From NCBI GenBank assembly GCA_040400605.1, contig JBBAPZ010000007.1, forward strand, positions 51,485-115,484: DNA of 64,000 nucleotides, written 5' to 3'. How positions within the stretch are numbered: the first letter of the stretch is position 1; each line of letters begins with the position of its first letter. Made by a program: the position numbers and the translations under genes. This DNA is from Candidatus Sericytochromatia bacterium. GTDB lineage: Bacteria > Cyanobacteriota > Sericytochromatia > S15B-MN24 > JAQBPE01. The notes under the pieces were generated by a model. It did not search any database. It was not told where the DNA came from and was given only the letters and a program-made list of their open reading frames with translations. Below, piece by piece: positions 28,381 through 38,732 of the stretch.

Positions 28381-30965
28381 GGGTGAGTGCGCGCCAGATA
28401 AACCGGGCGTTGACTCATTTCGTCTTTCGCCCGCTGCAGCGCTTGCCGAACATCCTGCCACAAAACCCGGCTCACACAAGCAGTTCCCGCTTGACTCGTC
28501 ACCCCGATGCATATGCGCAACCCGGTTGACTCACCTTGTTCCACACCGTCAGACAAGGTTGCCAAAGCGCGACGCAGACTTTCCGCGTGCACCATAACAT
28601 CACCCGCTGACACCAAGGGAAGCAAGATGACAAAATCGTCAGCCCCCGATCGCGCAGCGATCGCACCAGCGGGGAGCCACTCAACAATCACCTGCGCCAT
28701 CCGGCGCAACACCGCATCTCCCCAATCAAATCCATAGCGCGCATTAAGTTCGTCAAATCCGTTGATGTCAATCAAAATTACGCCGCAGGAATGCCCTTGG
28801 ATCGACGCCTGTTCAACGGCCGCATGCAAAGCTTTCGCGAACGCGCGCTCCGAATTGAGACCGGTCAAGGCATCCTTTTGGGCGTCGCCGTCACCGTCGG
28901 AGGCACGCCTCAACCCGTCCAGGCCTCGGGCCACCATGGCTGCACCCAATTCGAGCACCGCCTGGTCACCAGCATTGAATCGACCACCGGCACCGCGGTA
29001 CACGGTCAAAACACCCTGCACGCGATCAGCAGCGATGAGCGGCAACGCGATCGCCACACCAAAACCGGCTTCGCTTACCCAGGGGCCGGGGCGAAATCTC
29101 GAATCATTCATTAAGTCCGACGAACCAACCGCTACCCGTTCCCTCAGTGCAAGCCGTTCCAGGCCGCGATCGCAATCGCCGATATCGACGCCCCGCCACA
29201 AAAAGCCGTAGACATCGACGCAGACCAAATCAGCGCCATCGCGCACACACCACAGTGCGCCGCCAGCCAATTCACAGTGACTGCTCAACACCTGCCAAAC
29301 CGTGTCGTAAAAATCTCGCTCATCAGCCGCTTCCAATGATGCATGCAACAGTCCCAACAAACGTGGCACGTAGGTTTCAAGCACCCAAGACCCATTGGGG
29401 TCCCTTGTCACCTCGCGCGAGACAACAACATCCTTGGGTTCCCCTGGTGATAATTGCCCCCAAAGGTCATGCATGACCCGAATGATCGCCGGATCAAACT
29501 GTGTTCCAGATGCGTCGAGCAACTCAGCCATCGCCCCGGCACCATCCAATTGCATCCGATAAGCACGCGACTCCGTCATCGCCACAAACGCATCAGCCGC
29601 CGCGATGATCCGGGCCGCCAACGGAATGTCTTCACCACGCAGACCATCAGGATAGCCCAAGCCATCCCAACGTTCGTGGTGATGGCGAATCGCTGGCACC
29701 AACTTCGTCAAGGACTTGAATGTCCCGATGAAATCAGCACCGAGTTCCGCATGACGTTTCACGATCGCCCAGTCCTCAGGCCAATAGGGTCCCGGGCGAT
29801 GACGAATGGCGTCCGGCAAAAATACCTCGCCCCAATCATGAAGACTGGCAGCCCATTCAAGCAAGTCAAGTTCAGCTTGGGGCAACCCCAGCGCGCCCCC
29901 CACTTGTCTGGCCCACTGCGCGACAGCTGTCGACGTTTGACTACGCGCTTCATCCCGCATCCGCTGAACAGCCATCAGGCCTTCAACCAACTCGGCAACC
30001 GTTTCGCCCGATCGCCCCTCCATCTGTACCAGACGAAGCGAAACGGCCAACTGTGAAGCCACGGTTGCAACCCAATCGTCCTCCACACTCTGCCAAGGCC
30101 GATCATCCAGACGATTCGCCAGACACAACACCCCCAACACCCGACCACCGTGCTGCAACGGATGCGCCACAAGTTGCGAAAACCCAAGGCTTTCAAGCGT
30201 CTGGCGGCGTCGGATGGTGACTTCGAGATCCTCAATGCCCTGATACGTGCTCGCCGGCGCGCCAGTCAAAAAAACCTGGGCAATCAAACCATTTTCCGCA
30301 AGCGGGAAAGCCATCCCATTCAAGGCCCTCTCAAGAATTCGCGGTGCAACCGCAGCCTGAATCGTCAAAACGTCAGGTTTTTGCTCATCCGGCAACAAAA
30401 TGGCACAAAACTCGCAATGTAAAAGCCGGGCAGTGGCTTGAACCGCCGCTTGCCACTGCTCGGCAGGAACACTGGTCAGTTCGAATGACTCCGACAACCG
30501 ACGAACCGCCCGCAATTCGTCTTTCAAGTGTTGATACCCCGCCAGCAAGCCCCGACACGCATCAGTCGCTTCGTGGATCAACGCGTCAAAAAATTCCGCC
30601 AAACACTCGCTCAGTGCCACCCAGTCCGGCCCGGATAAACCCTGTTTCCACAAGGTCTGACGAAAGTTTCGTTCCAACTGGGTCAAACAAATCAACACGG
30701 TCTCAAGACTGAAGTCAGTTCTCAATCGCAGCAAAAAACGCTGCAAAATCGGGGCCACCGCTACCGACTCAGCATCAAGCCACGCATTGAGCGCCTGTAG
30801 ACACATCGAGGGCAAACGCTCAAGCATCATTTGATCGATGTGCAAACGTTCCGACAAAGTCAAACATTGACGGGTCCACGACGCGTCAGGCCCACCCGCC
30901 GACAAAACACCATTCACATCGAAAAACGGCCTGAGCTTGTGCGTTAAACCCACTTGTCCCATCAA
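28377..30965 (-). CDS. Multidomain GAF + HD-GYP + GAF + GGDEF-like signalling protein with degenerate motifs
   Basis: Two GAF segments (PL..GGRVLGVL), HHERWDGLGYPDGL, DALTGL...GADDF. Confidence 0.88.
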   Translation of the reverse strand: MMGQVGLTHKLRPFFDVNGVLSAGGPDASWTRQCLTLSERLHIDQMMLERLPSMCLQALNAWLDAESVAVAPILQRFLLRLRTDFSLETVLICLTQLERNFRQTLWKQGLSGPDWVALSECLAEFFDALIHEATDACRGLLAGYQHLKDELRAVRRLSESFELTSVPAEQWQAAVQATARLLHCEFCAILLPDEQKPDVLTIQAAVAPRILERALNGMAFPLAENGLIAQVFLTGAPASTYQGIEDLEVTIRRRQTLESLGFSQLVAHPLQHGGRVLGVLCLANRLDDRPWQSVEDDWVATVASQLAVSLRLVQMEGRSGETVAELVEGLMAVQRMRDEARSQTSTAVAQWARQVGGALGLPQAELDLLEWAASLHDWGEVFLPDAIRHRPGPYWPEDWAIVKRHAELGADFIGTFKSLTKLVPAIRHHHERWDGLGYPDGLRGEDIPLAARIIAAADAFVAMTESRAYRMQLDGAGAMAELLDASGTQFDPAIIRVMHDLWGQLSPGEPKDVVVSREVTRDPNGSWVLETYVPRLLGLLHASLEAADERDFYDTVWQVLSSHCELAGGALWCVRDGADLVCVDVYGFLWRGVDIGDCDRGLERLALRERVAVGSSDLMNDSRFRPGPWVSEAGFGVAIALPLIAADRVQGVLTVYRGAGGRFNAGDQAVLELGAAMVARGLDGLRRASDGDGDAQKDALTGLNSERAFAKALHAAVEQASIQGHSCGVILIDINGFDELNARYGFDWGDAVLRRMAQVIVEWLPAGAIAARSGADDFVILLPLVSAGDVMVHAESLRRALATLSDGVEQGESTGLRICIGVTSQAGTACVSRVLWQDVRQALQRAKDEMSQRPVYLARTHP

Positions 30966-31635
30966 TTGTTACAACCACACTCGCACCGACAACGCCAAAA
31001 CCGTTCCCAAGACACTCACGACTATGCGTTCGATTTTACCAGATTGCATTGCACCGCGTTCGTAGCCACCGATGCCCATCAACCTTGGCTCAAAGCGAAC
31101 GCCTCCAAACTCCGGCAGGTCACGGTGAAATTTCCGACCCAATCACAAGATTGACTGTTTGTTCGTTAAACATTCGTTGTGACCATGCCGCCTGCAATAC
31201 CCGAAATCGGTCTGCTTAACCCTGGCGTCTTGTTCTGATGGTCAGCGTCCGATCGGTGAAATTGATGGTTGGATTTTCCACCTGCCAGGTTTCAAATCGC
31301 AAAAAAATGGGTATGCTGGTCACAGATGAACATGAAAAAAGCCTGGCAGGCAGGCTTGTGTATCCAAAGGCTATCAGACATCGCTCCATAGCCGGCGAAC
31401 CAGATTTCAAACTTTTATGAAATGGTTCGTTTGGTGTGTCAACCCATCGAATGCAACGGCGCATTCGATGTGGATTCCGGATCCAACGAGGGGTAGCTGC
31501 GCGAAGCGCTCCAAATGGGTCCCATCGGGTAAGGCGCGCCTCTGTATCGGCCTTGGCTGCATCGAACACCGTGCACGGCTCGTTTGATGTGACGCGTCGA
31601 CAGTGGCGAAAACGATTGGCGGAGTTGAGGGCACG

Positions 31636-31920
31636 GTGATGAACATGCATTTCACGGGTCGGGTCATCTTGATTTGCCCAGATTGTGAAACCCATCTGGT
31701 CAATGTGGCATCTTGTGGGGAGCGTTACCATTGCACGGACTGCGAACTGACACTCATTCGCCAAAATGAAGGGTTTGGCCTGCATCGCTTTGGGGAAGTG
31801 ATTGGCACGTGTACGTTGGAGCAGATTCTGATGCAGGTACATTGGCAACCGGCGGCTTGGATGCCGGCACACGCGAACTCAAGGCGCACGTTGGTGGCAG
31901 CCGTCACCTGTTCCGAATGA
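31636..31920 (+). CDS. Small hypothetical Zn-ribbon protein
   Basis: CPDC...CTDC pairs; GGAG/GAGG RBS before GTG 31636 and ATG 31639. Confidence 0.6.
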   Translation: MMNMHFTGRVILICPDCETHLVNVASCGERYHCTDCELTLIRQNEGFGLHRFGEVIGTCTLEQILMQVHWQPAAWMPAHANSRRTLVAAVTCSE

Positions 31921-32025
31921 TCCGGGCATGTAACAATTGAAACCGTTTTGGGGTATGGAGACGGCGTTGTTGTCTGAGTTGTTCAGGCCGTTCGATTCTG
32001 GAACGTTAGATGAAAGGCTCCGTCG

Positions 32026-32922
32026 TTGATTGGTGACCATCCCTTCATTGACTGTCATGCGCTACTGAAAGGCGACGGTTCCAATCCTGCGAGGCATCGT
32101 GAGTACCTGAATGAAATCGCTGATTGGGCGGAGCCGCTCACAAGACAGATTGCAACCCACTGCGGCTTACACTTTAAAGACCCCTTCAGTCGGTTGCTTT
32201 ATCGTTCGATCCAGCATTATGCCAATCAGGAAATGAGCCGTGTGCTCAACAAGTATCACGTGGGTCTGTTGCTTGAGAGCATGAACGCTCTTAACATTGC
32301 ACACACGGTGGTCAGTCCGATCACGCACGTTTACACTGCTGAGGACATTGCCAGGGTCGTCCAGCCGTTTCCAAAACGCTTGAGTATGTTGGTTGTGGCC
32401 AATGCGAATGACCAAGAGGCTGTGTCAAAACTAGAGGCGAACCTGAAACGGCATCGACCGGCAGGCGTCAAGCTTCTTCCGGCTGTGACCGAGCGGCTGC
32501 AAAATTCCTTCAAGGACCTGTTGGATCTCATCAACGCGCATCAGTTACCGGTTTTCCTGGACGCAGGCGGGTCGCCGACCGACCCGGCCGCCCGAGTGGC
32601 GGTGGAGAGTTGGGCACACGTCGTCGCGGCATTTCCCAAGCTCAGCATCACGATCACGCACATGGGTTGGGATCAATACCCGGCGGTGTTGGCGTTTGCG
32701 GAAGGGCGTCACCATTTGTCAGTGGAAACATCGTGGCAGCCAGCAACGATCATCCGGCAAGCCGTTGACATGCTAGGCTCTCATCGCGTGTTATTGGGAT
32801 CCGCGTTTCCACTGCTGACACAACAAAATGCCATCTTGCACATGCAAAAAGCGCTGACCCCGGCCGAGATCCGCAATGTGGCAGCCCGGAATGCCGCACG
32901 ATTGCTTGGCATCGAGCTCTGA
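32026..32922 (+). CDS. Amidohydrolase_2 family protein with degenerate metal ligands
   Basis: IDCH, GVKL.P, THMG, VETS, RVLLGSAFP, NAARLLG. Confidence 0.8.
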   Translation: MIGDHPFIDCHALLKGDGSNPARHREYLNEIADWAEPLTRQIATHCGLHFKDPFSRLLYRSIQHYANQEMSRVLNKYHVGLLLESMNALNIAHTVVSPITHVYTAEDIARVVQPFPKRLSMLVVANANDQEAVSKLEANLKRHRPAGVKLLPAVTERLQNSFKDLLDLINAHQLPVFLDAGGSPTDPAARVAVESWAHVVAAFPKLSITITHMGWDQYPAVLAFAEGRHHLSVETSWQPATIIRQAVDMLGSHRVLLGSAFPLLTQQNAILHMQKALTPAEIRNVAARNAARLLGIEL

Positions 32923-32980
32923 TTGCCAAGCGGGCAACACCACGCCGGGTAAATCGTGTGTGCAAAGAGGGCTGTGACGC

Positions 32981-33769
32981 ATGGTTAGTCTAAAAGAGGC
33001 GCGCTACCAACTCATTAAAAAACTGTTGGGTCCTTTGGTTGCGGACAATCTGTGCGCGACTGAAGCAATTGGTCTTGCCAATTTGCCGAGCCGGGGGCCG
33101 GGGCTCATCGTTTGTAACCATCGAAGCATCCTGGATCCCTTTTTGATATCGGCACGCGCACGTCGTCCAATCCATTGGGTGATGGCACCGTTCGTCAGTT
33201 CCGTCCCGATCTTTGGTTGGCTGGCACAACAGGCAGGCGCCATCCCCATCATTCAAGGCGACGAAGACAAGGCACAGATATTGATCGAATCGATGATCCG
33301 CGTGTTGAAACAAGGGCAACTGGTGGGTATATTCCCGGAAGGAATGGCAGGGTTTGTCCAGTCACGTGGACCATGCGTGGTGCAAGCATTTCGTGGAACA
33401 TTTGTCCGGGCGGTGTTGGGTACTCGAATACCTGAACTTCCGATCATTCCGACGGCCATTTATGCGCCGAGGCAAACTGTGCTCGGTCACGTCGACGGTC
33501 AACTCCTCACCATTTTTGATCGTTCAGAACGTTTGTTTCGCACCCAGAACTTCAATCTGATCGGCTACCAAAAGGCGTTAATCATTTTTGGAAAACCTGA
33601 ATCACTCGACCGATACTACGATCGTGAACAACCAGCACAGACAGAACCACAACCTCATGCTCAAATTGAGCTGGTAAAGACCCTGAGTCAGCATTTCCAT
33701 CATCAAGTCACCCGCTTGCTGCGGCGTGCCGAAGCCCGTTTTGCAGCACATTCCCCTCCCACCACCTGA
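32981..33769 (+). CDS. Lysophospholipid acyltransferase (PlsC family)
   Basis: NHRSILD (HX4D), GAIP, IFPEG. Confidence 0.9.
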   Translation: MVSLKEARYQLIKKLLGPLVADNLCATEAIGLANLPSRGPGLIVCNHRSILDPFLISARARRPIHWVMAPFVSSVPIFGWLAQQAGAIPIIQGDEDKAQILIESMIRVLKQGQLVGIFPEGMAGFVQSRGPCVVQAFRGTFVRAVLGTRIPELPIIPTAIYAPRQTVLGHVDGQLLTIFDRSERLFRTQNFNLIGYQKALIIFGKPESLDRYYDREQPAQTEPQPHAQIELVKTLSQHFHHQVTRLLRRAEARFAAHSPPTT

Positions 33770-33814
33770 TATGGGCTTTATCCCTGATCAGCACGACGAC
33801 CCAGGAGCCATTCA

Positions 33815-35638
33815 ATGAACCAAACCATCACAGCGGCCTTTGAAAACAGCGTCAGCAAGCATGCCTCACGGCTTGCGCTACAACACAAAACGCACTCAGG
33901 ATGGCAAACGATGAGTTACGCTGAGTTTGGTGCCGCGCGCCAAAGCTTTGCATCGGCGTTGCTTGAACTAGGCACAGGCTTTGGTGATCGCGTCGCACTC
34001 CTGTCGGAAAATCGTCCCGAGTGGGTGATTGCAGACCAAGGCATTTTAATGGCGGGTTGCGCAACCGTTCCAGTCTACCCAACACTGACGGGACCGCAGT
34101 GCGCCTATGTCATCAATGATTCTGGCGCACGCATCCTGGTGCTCTCAAACGCCGCTCATCTCGAAAAAATTGCAGCCGTACGCTCCCAGTTGCCGAATGT
34201 CAACCATATCATTGTGATGGATTCCATCTCTTCGGCCGTGACGGATTCGACGATTTCTCAATTCCAGGACATTTTGAGCCTCGGTGAACGGGCTCGGCAA
34301 CAACGCGCCCAAGAGCTTGCTGAACGCGGCCATCGGATCGAGGCGACAACCCTTGCCAGCATCGTTTACACATCAGGCACCACGGGTGATCCCAAAGGCG
34401 CCATGCTGACACACGGCAATTTTTATAGCAACTTCTCCGAAGCATTGATTGTGATGGGCTTGCGTGAAACAGACAGTGCGCTTTCCTTCCTACCCTTGTC
34501 TCACGTTCTCGAACGCACAGCCTACTATGCACTGACAAGTGTTGGTGCAAAGATCAGTTTTGCTGAGGGTATTGATGCCGTTGCGCGCAACCTGGAAGAA
34601 ATCAAGCCAACGCTGTTCGTCTCCGTGCCAAGATTGTTCGAGAAAATAAGGGCCCGGATTCTGGACCGCATTGCCCACGAATCGCCCATCAAGCAGGCTA
34701 TTTTTAACTGGGCTTTGGAAACCGCCAGAAGGTTTGAGTCTGCGCGGGCCGTCAAGCAGCCTGTTAACTTCCTGCTCGCACTGCAGCACAACCTTGCTGA
34801 TCGACTCGTATTCCAGACGATTCGTGAACGAACGGGCGGTCGTCTGCGTCTGGCAGTTTCGGGCGGCGCGCCACTTTCTGCGGTCGTTGGCGAGTTTTTC
34901 GCGCAAATCGGGATTCCCATCATTGAAGGTTACGGATTAACCGAGACGAGTCCCATTGTTGCGCTCAATCATCCGGAGGACATACGATACGGAACGGTTG
35001 GCAAGGCACTTCACGGAGTTGAAGTACGACTTGCCGATGATGGCGAATTACTGGTGCGTGGGCCAAATGTCATGGCTGGATATTGGAACAAACCGGAAGC
35101 AACCGCCCAGGCCATCACACCAGAGGGCTGGTTCTTGACTGGTGACATTGCGACCATCGATCAAGATGGCCGCATCTGCATCGTCGACCGTAAAAAAGAA
35201 ATCATCGTGATGTCAAATGGCAAAAATGTGGCACCTCAACCGGTCGAGAATGCGCTAAAAGGTGACATACTCGTCGAACAAGCGATGCTGATTGGCGATC
35301 AGAGAAATTTTATCTCGGCCCTGATCGTTCCCAATTTTGATGCTTTGAATGACTACGCTAAGTCGCAAGCCCTTCCGACTTCCGACCGTGCGGTCTTACT
35401 GTCGCACCCGCAAGTCCAGGCGCTGTTCGCTGCGATCGTCAAAAAAGTGAATCCAAACTTCGCGGCATTCGAACAAATCAAACAATTTACGTTGTTACCC
35501 CGCGCATTTGCAATTGAGGACAACGAATTGACACCAACGCTGAAGCTCAAACGCCGCATCATTTGCCAGAATTTTCAAGCGGAAATCGATGCCATGTACA
35601 CGCGTAGCGAGGATGGTGCCAAGGTTCGCCCTGCTTAA
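33815..35638 (+). CDS. Long-chain fatty acid--CoA/ACP ligase (AMP-binding)
   Basis: YTSGTTGDPKG, EGYGLTET, WFLTGD, DRKKE, ELTPTLKLKR. Confidence 0.93.
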   Translation: MNQTITAAFENSVSKHASRLALQHKTHSGWQTMSYAEFGAARQSFASALLELGTGFGDRVALLSENRPEWVIADQGILMAGCATVPVYPTLTGPQCAYVINDSGARILVLSNAAHLEKIAAVRSQLPNVNHIIVMDSISSAVTDSTISQFQDILSLGERARQQRAQELAERGHRIEATTLASIVYTSGTTGDPKGAMLTHGNFYSNFSEALIVMGLRETDSALSFLPLSHVLERTAYYALTSVGAKISFAEGIDAVARNLEEIKPTLFVSVPRLFEKIRARILDRIAHESPIKQAIFNWALETARRFESARAVKQPVNFLLALQHNLADRLVFQTIRERTGGRLRLAVSGGAPLSAVVGEFFAQIGIPIIEGYGLTETSPIVALNHPEDIRYGTVGKALHGVEVRLADDGELLVRGPNVMAGYWNKPEATAQAITPEGWFLTGDIATIDQDGRICIVDRKKEIIVMSNGKNVAPQPVENALKGDILVEQAMLIGDQRNFISALIVPNFDALNDYAKSQALPTSDRAVLLSHPQVQALFAAIVKKVNPNFAAFEQIKQFTLLPRAFAIEDNELTPTLKLKRRIICQNFQAEIDAMYTRSEDGAKVRPA

Positions 35639-35647
35639 GACCCCCAC

Positions 35648-35682
35648 GCGGGACGATCAGACCTTGTCGTCCCGTGAGTTTG
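35648..35682 (+). terminator. Putative terminator hairpin after the acyl-CoA ligase
   Basis: GCGGGACGA...TCGTCCCGT stem; weak T tract. Confidence 0.4.
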
Positions 35683-36039
35683 CTCATTGACGATGACAAC
35701 GCTGTGAAATGCGCACTGCACTCACAGCAGTTCGCACCTTTTTGCTAATGGTTTAAAAAGTGGCTTCCTGACAAAGTCTGCGACACGTGACTAAAGTCGT
35801 GCGCTCATTTTTTGTTTACAAAATCTGACACCTAACCACTCGCATGGTTATTGGAAAAAACTCTCACCCATGATCTATCGCCTAGTCACAGACGGCGACA
35901 GCACGACGCGGCCGGCGCCCCATCCAAAACGCAGTGATTGGTCATCAGATTTCAGGCTGGCAATGAATCAAAATCCGTAACTTCTGGCTGCTTTGCATCC
36001 GCCACACAAGTTTTTGACAACAAATCGACGGGCGACGGA

Positions 36040-37095
36040 TTAGCGAGCGACATCCATTGTACGGGGATTATCCGAGGACTGGGTGCCCCCGGTGTCGTTA
36101 CCCCTTAGCAGGGTTCCAAGTCCAAGATGTTCACGAAGCAAAAACATCAATCCCAAAAGAGTAACTGGAATGTTTTCTGCAACATTCAACACCAAGCCAA
36201 AGGCCAGGCCCGTTTCGTGTGCCACGCCAAACCACCCCAAAGCCGTAATGCAAAACGCCTGAAACGTGCCAATGTACCCAGGCGCCGATGGGGCAATACT
36301 GCCAAGATTCACAATCACCATCGTGACAAGAAACGCATCGAAACCAAGTTGCATATTAAATGCGGCACCGGCCAGATAATAAGTGGTCGCCTCAATCAAC
36401 CACACGATGAGTGACGCTGCGAAAACAAACAAAAGACGTCGAACGCTACGCAAGCATGCAACGCCGTCAACAAAGGCTTCAAGTATTCCCACGAGGCGTT
36501 GCGCCAATACAGGTGAAGCCAAGGCACCGATGAGCCGCCGTAGATGCTCCGCGACTTGGGGCGCATACTCGAGGACAATGACAAAACCAAATGCGCCAAC
36601 GAATACGACACCCGCCAAAACACCCGTTACCAAAACCCAGTCAGGAAAGGGTTGAGCACGGGACAAACAATTCGTGGCATACAACAGCATCAAACCACCC
36701 AACATCGCCAACAGGGATAAGCCATCGAAGATGCGCTCGATAAAAATCGTCGCAAGCGTGGTGGATTTGCGCACGCCAGCCTTGTGACTTAACACATAGG
36801 CGCGAACAAATTCACCAAGCCGGGCTGGCAATAAATTATTGGCCATGTAGCCGATGAAAATCACCGAAAACAATCGCCAGTAGGCGATGGGCTGAGCCGG
36901 GTTCAACAAGACCTGCCATCTGAGGGTGCGAACGAAAAACGTCAAGAAGAACACCGCGATTGCACAACCCAGATAAAATGGTTGCAACTGCTGCAGCGCC
37001 TGTCCTAAACGCTCCCAATCGACTTTTCGAAAGACCAGCCACAGGCACACCGCGGAAATCAAAATGCCAATGATGTTGCTTTTCTTACCAAACAA
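36040..37095 (-). CDS. Lysylphosphatidylglycerol synthase TM / flippase-like protein (UPF0104)
   Basis: RTLRW, NNLLPARLGEFVR, ERIFD, PSAPGYIG. Confidence 0.9.
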   Translation of the reverse strand: MFGKKSNIIGILISAVCLWLVFRKVDWERLGQALQQLQPFYLGCAIAVFFLTFFVRTLRWQVLLNPAQPIAYWRLFSVIFIGYMANNLLPARLGEFVRAYVLSHKAGVRKSTTLATIFIERIFDGLSLLAMLGGLMLLYATNCLSRAQPFPDWVLVTGVLAGVVFVGAFGFVIVLEYAPQVAEHLRRLIGALASPVLAQRLVGILEAFVDGVACLRSVRRLLFVFAASLIVWLIEATTYYLAGAAFNMQLGFDAFLVTMVIVNLGSIAPSAPGYIGTFQAFCITALGWFGVAHETGLAFGLVLNVAENIPVTLLGLMFLLREHLGLGTLLRGNDTGGTQSSDNPRTMDVAR

Positions 37096-37172
37096 GACCC
37101 TACCTCAGCGGACCAGAACGTATCTGCTGGCCCAATCGTACCACGCTGAAGCTGAAACCCGAGTGTTTCCCT

Positions 37173-37814
37173 TCACGAGACCACCTTGTAAGTGTAGTGG
37201 GCAGCGATCGCACGACGCAAACCATCCCGTAAATCCGCAAGCGCTTGTGCCGTCAGATCAGTCAGCCGCGTATCGTCTGACCGATTCAAAATCTGTGCTG
37301 GCGGTGGCAGTGGATCACTCCCTGGCCACGGAACCACGACGGTTTGTGACTCCTCACGAGTCCCGAGGAACGCCTTACTCCAAATCGGCTGCCCGTGTTC
37401 GTCAACCAAGCGCAGCACCACCGACAAAGTCACGCGATGGGTGTAATCCACCTCCCAAACATCCTGGTCTCCGAGCACAGCACCCGTCGCCGGGCGACGC
37501 ACACGCCGCGGCGCGCCAGGAATCGCTGAACGAACATATTCCGTTACCGCGCCTGCCAGGGTCACCGCGGCATTCTCATCAACCACGACCCGTTCCTGAA
37601 CCACCGCGAGTCGAACAATCTCACGCAACTGGTCAGCCAACAGCCACGCCTGCGCAGGCCCCTCAAACGCAGGCAAACAAACACGGGCAATCGTCGCGCG
37701 CTCCCAAGGGGCATCTGCCGACTCCAAAACCAGTTCACGGGTCGAACAACCCAACGTGACAACTGACAAGAGGCCCAGGGTCCAAATTAGATAGACCAAC
37801 CTCACAAACCCCAT
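37173..37814 (-). CDS. Hypothetical lipoprotein
   Basis: Hydrophobic signal ending TLGC; co-oriented with and overlapping its neighbour. Confidence 0.6.
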   Translation of the reverse strand: MGFVRLVYLIWTLGLLSVVTLGCSTRELVLESADAPWERATIARVCLPAFEGPAQAWLLADQLREIVRLAVVQERVVVDENAAVTLAGAVTEYVRSAIPGAPRRVRRPATGAVLGDQDVWEVDYTHRVTLSVVLRLVDEHGQPIWSKAFLGTREESQTVVVPWPGSDPLPPPAQILNRSDDTRLTDLTAQALADLRDGLRRAIAAHYTYKVVS

Positions 37815-38458
37815 CGCAAGACAGCCTCCCGCTCCTTGCCAGCCGTTCGCACCGGCAGTAAAACATCAACCGAATGCGGCGATAACAGCGCGTCCATCGA
37901 TGGCTGCACGGTCGATGGCAGCGCAAGGCATCCCGTGATGCGCCCCCCACCACGCAGCACCTGATCATCAAGCACATTCGTATCAATCCAGGTAAGCGCA
38001 CACTCGCTATCATAACGCTCATCAGCACCGACGGCCTCGACTGTCAGCCAACGGTTCCGCAAATGACGCGGTCCAAGCAAAGAATGGCGCTTCGTCTGGT
38101 CATCGTTGACAATGACCGCTGCACGACTAAACAGCACAATTGCCTCGCCCTGTCCCTCGTGCAGCAGATCGAGTTCAACAAGCATGACGTCAGGCCCGCA
38201 CGGTCTCACGCACCGAATGACCCACCAGTCCAGCCATGTGACGGTGGGTATCCGCGGCGTTTGTCCCACCCAACGCGCACGCACCCGCACTTCTCCGACC
38301 GACGTGCTCACCTCGGGATTCCGCATACGGCGATCCCGACCCTGAAACGCCGGGTCCGTCGTGCGCAGCCAAAAGCAGCCCTGCAGCACGACACTCACCA
38401 GCGTGCCGATGCTCACACGAAGTGTTCGTTGGCCGCTAACCCCCATCATGCGCAGCAT
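37802..38458 (-). CDS. Hypothetical protein (possible lipoprotein)
   Basis: LQGC lipobox-like motif; operon context. Confidence 0.5.
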   Translation of the reverse strand: MLRMMGVSGQRTLRVSIGTLVSVVLQGCFWLRTTDPAFQGRDRRMRNPEVSTSVGEVRVRARWVGQTPRIPTVTWLDWWVIRCVRPCGPDVMLVELDLLHEGQGEAIVLFSRAAVIVNDDQTKRHSLLGPRHLRNRWLTVEAVGADERYDSECALTWIDTNVLDDQVLRGGGRITGCLALPSTVQPSMDALLSPHSVDVLLPVRTAGKEREAVLRWGL

Positions 38459-38732
38459 CTTAACATGAACTGGCTCCCTTCAGTCATCTGATGCAGCGCC
38501 ATACCGGATTGAAGGCCAAGCACCAAAACAAAAAGCGTTTCCATTTGCTGAATTTCTGACGCTTGCGAACTGATTCGTTCTGAATAAAAGGGAAACCTGC
38601 GTGTTGGTAACACACAGACCATCTTGACCGTGGGTTAAAAAACGATGCCGTTCAGGCCGTTGATCATCCATCATCTTTTGGCTGGACCCACACACCGACG
38701 GTATGGTAAAAAATTCACACAAGGGGGAGTTT

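Noticed and set aside
31216..31872. 218-aa - strand ORF
   Set aside because: No motifs; overlaps the better-supported Zn-ribbon ORF and a structured non-coding region
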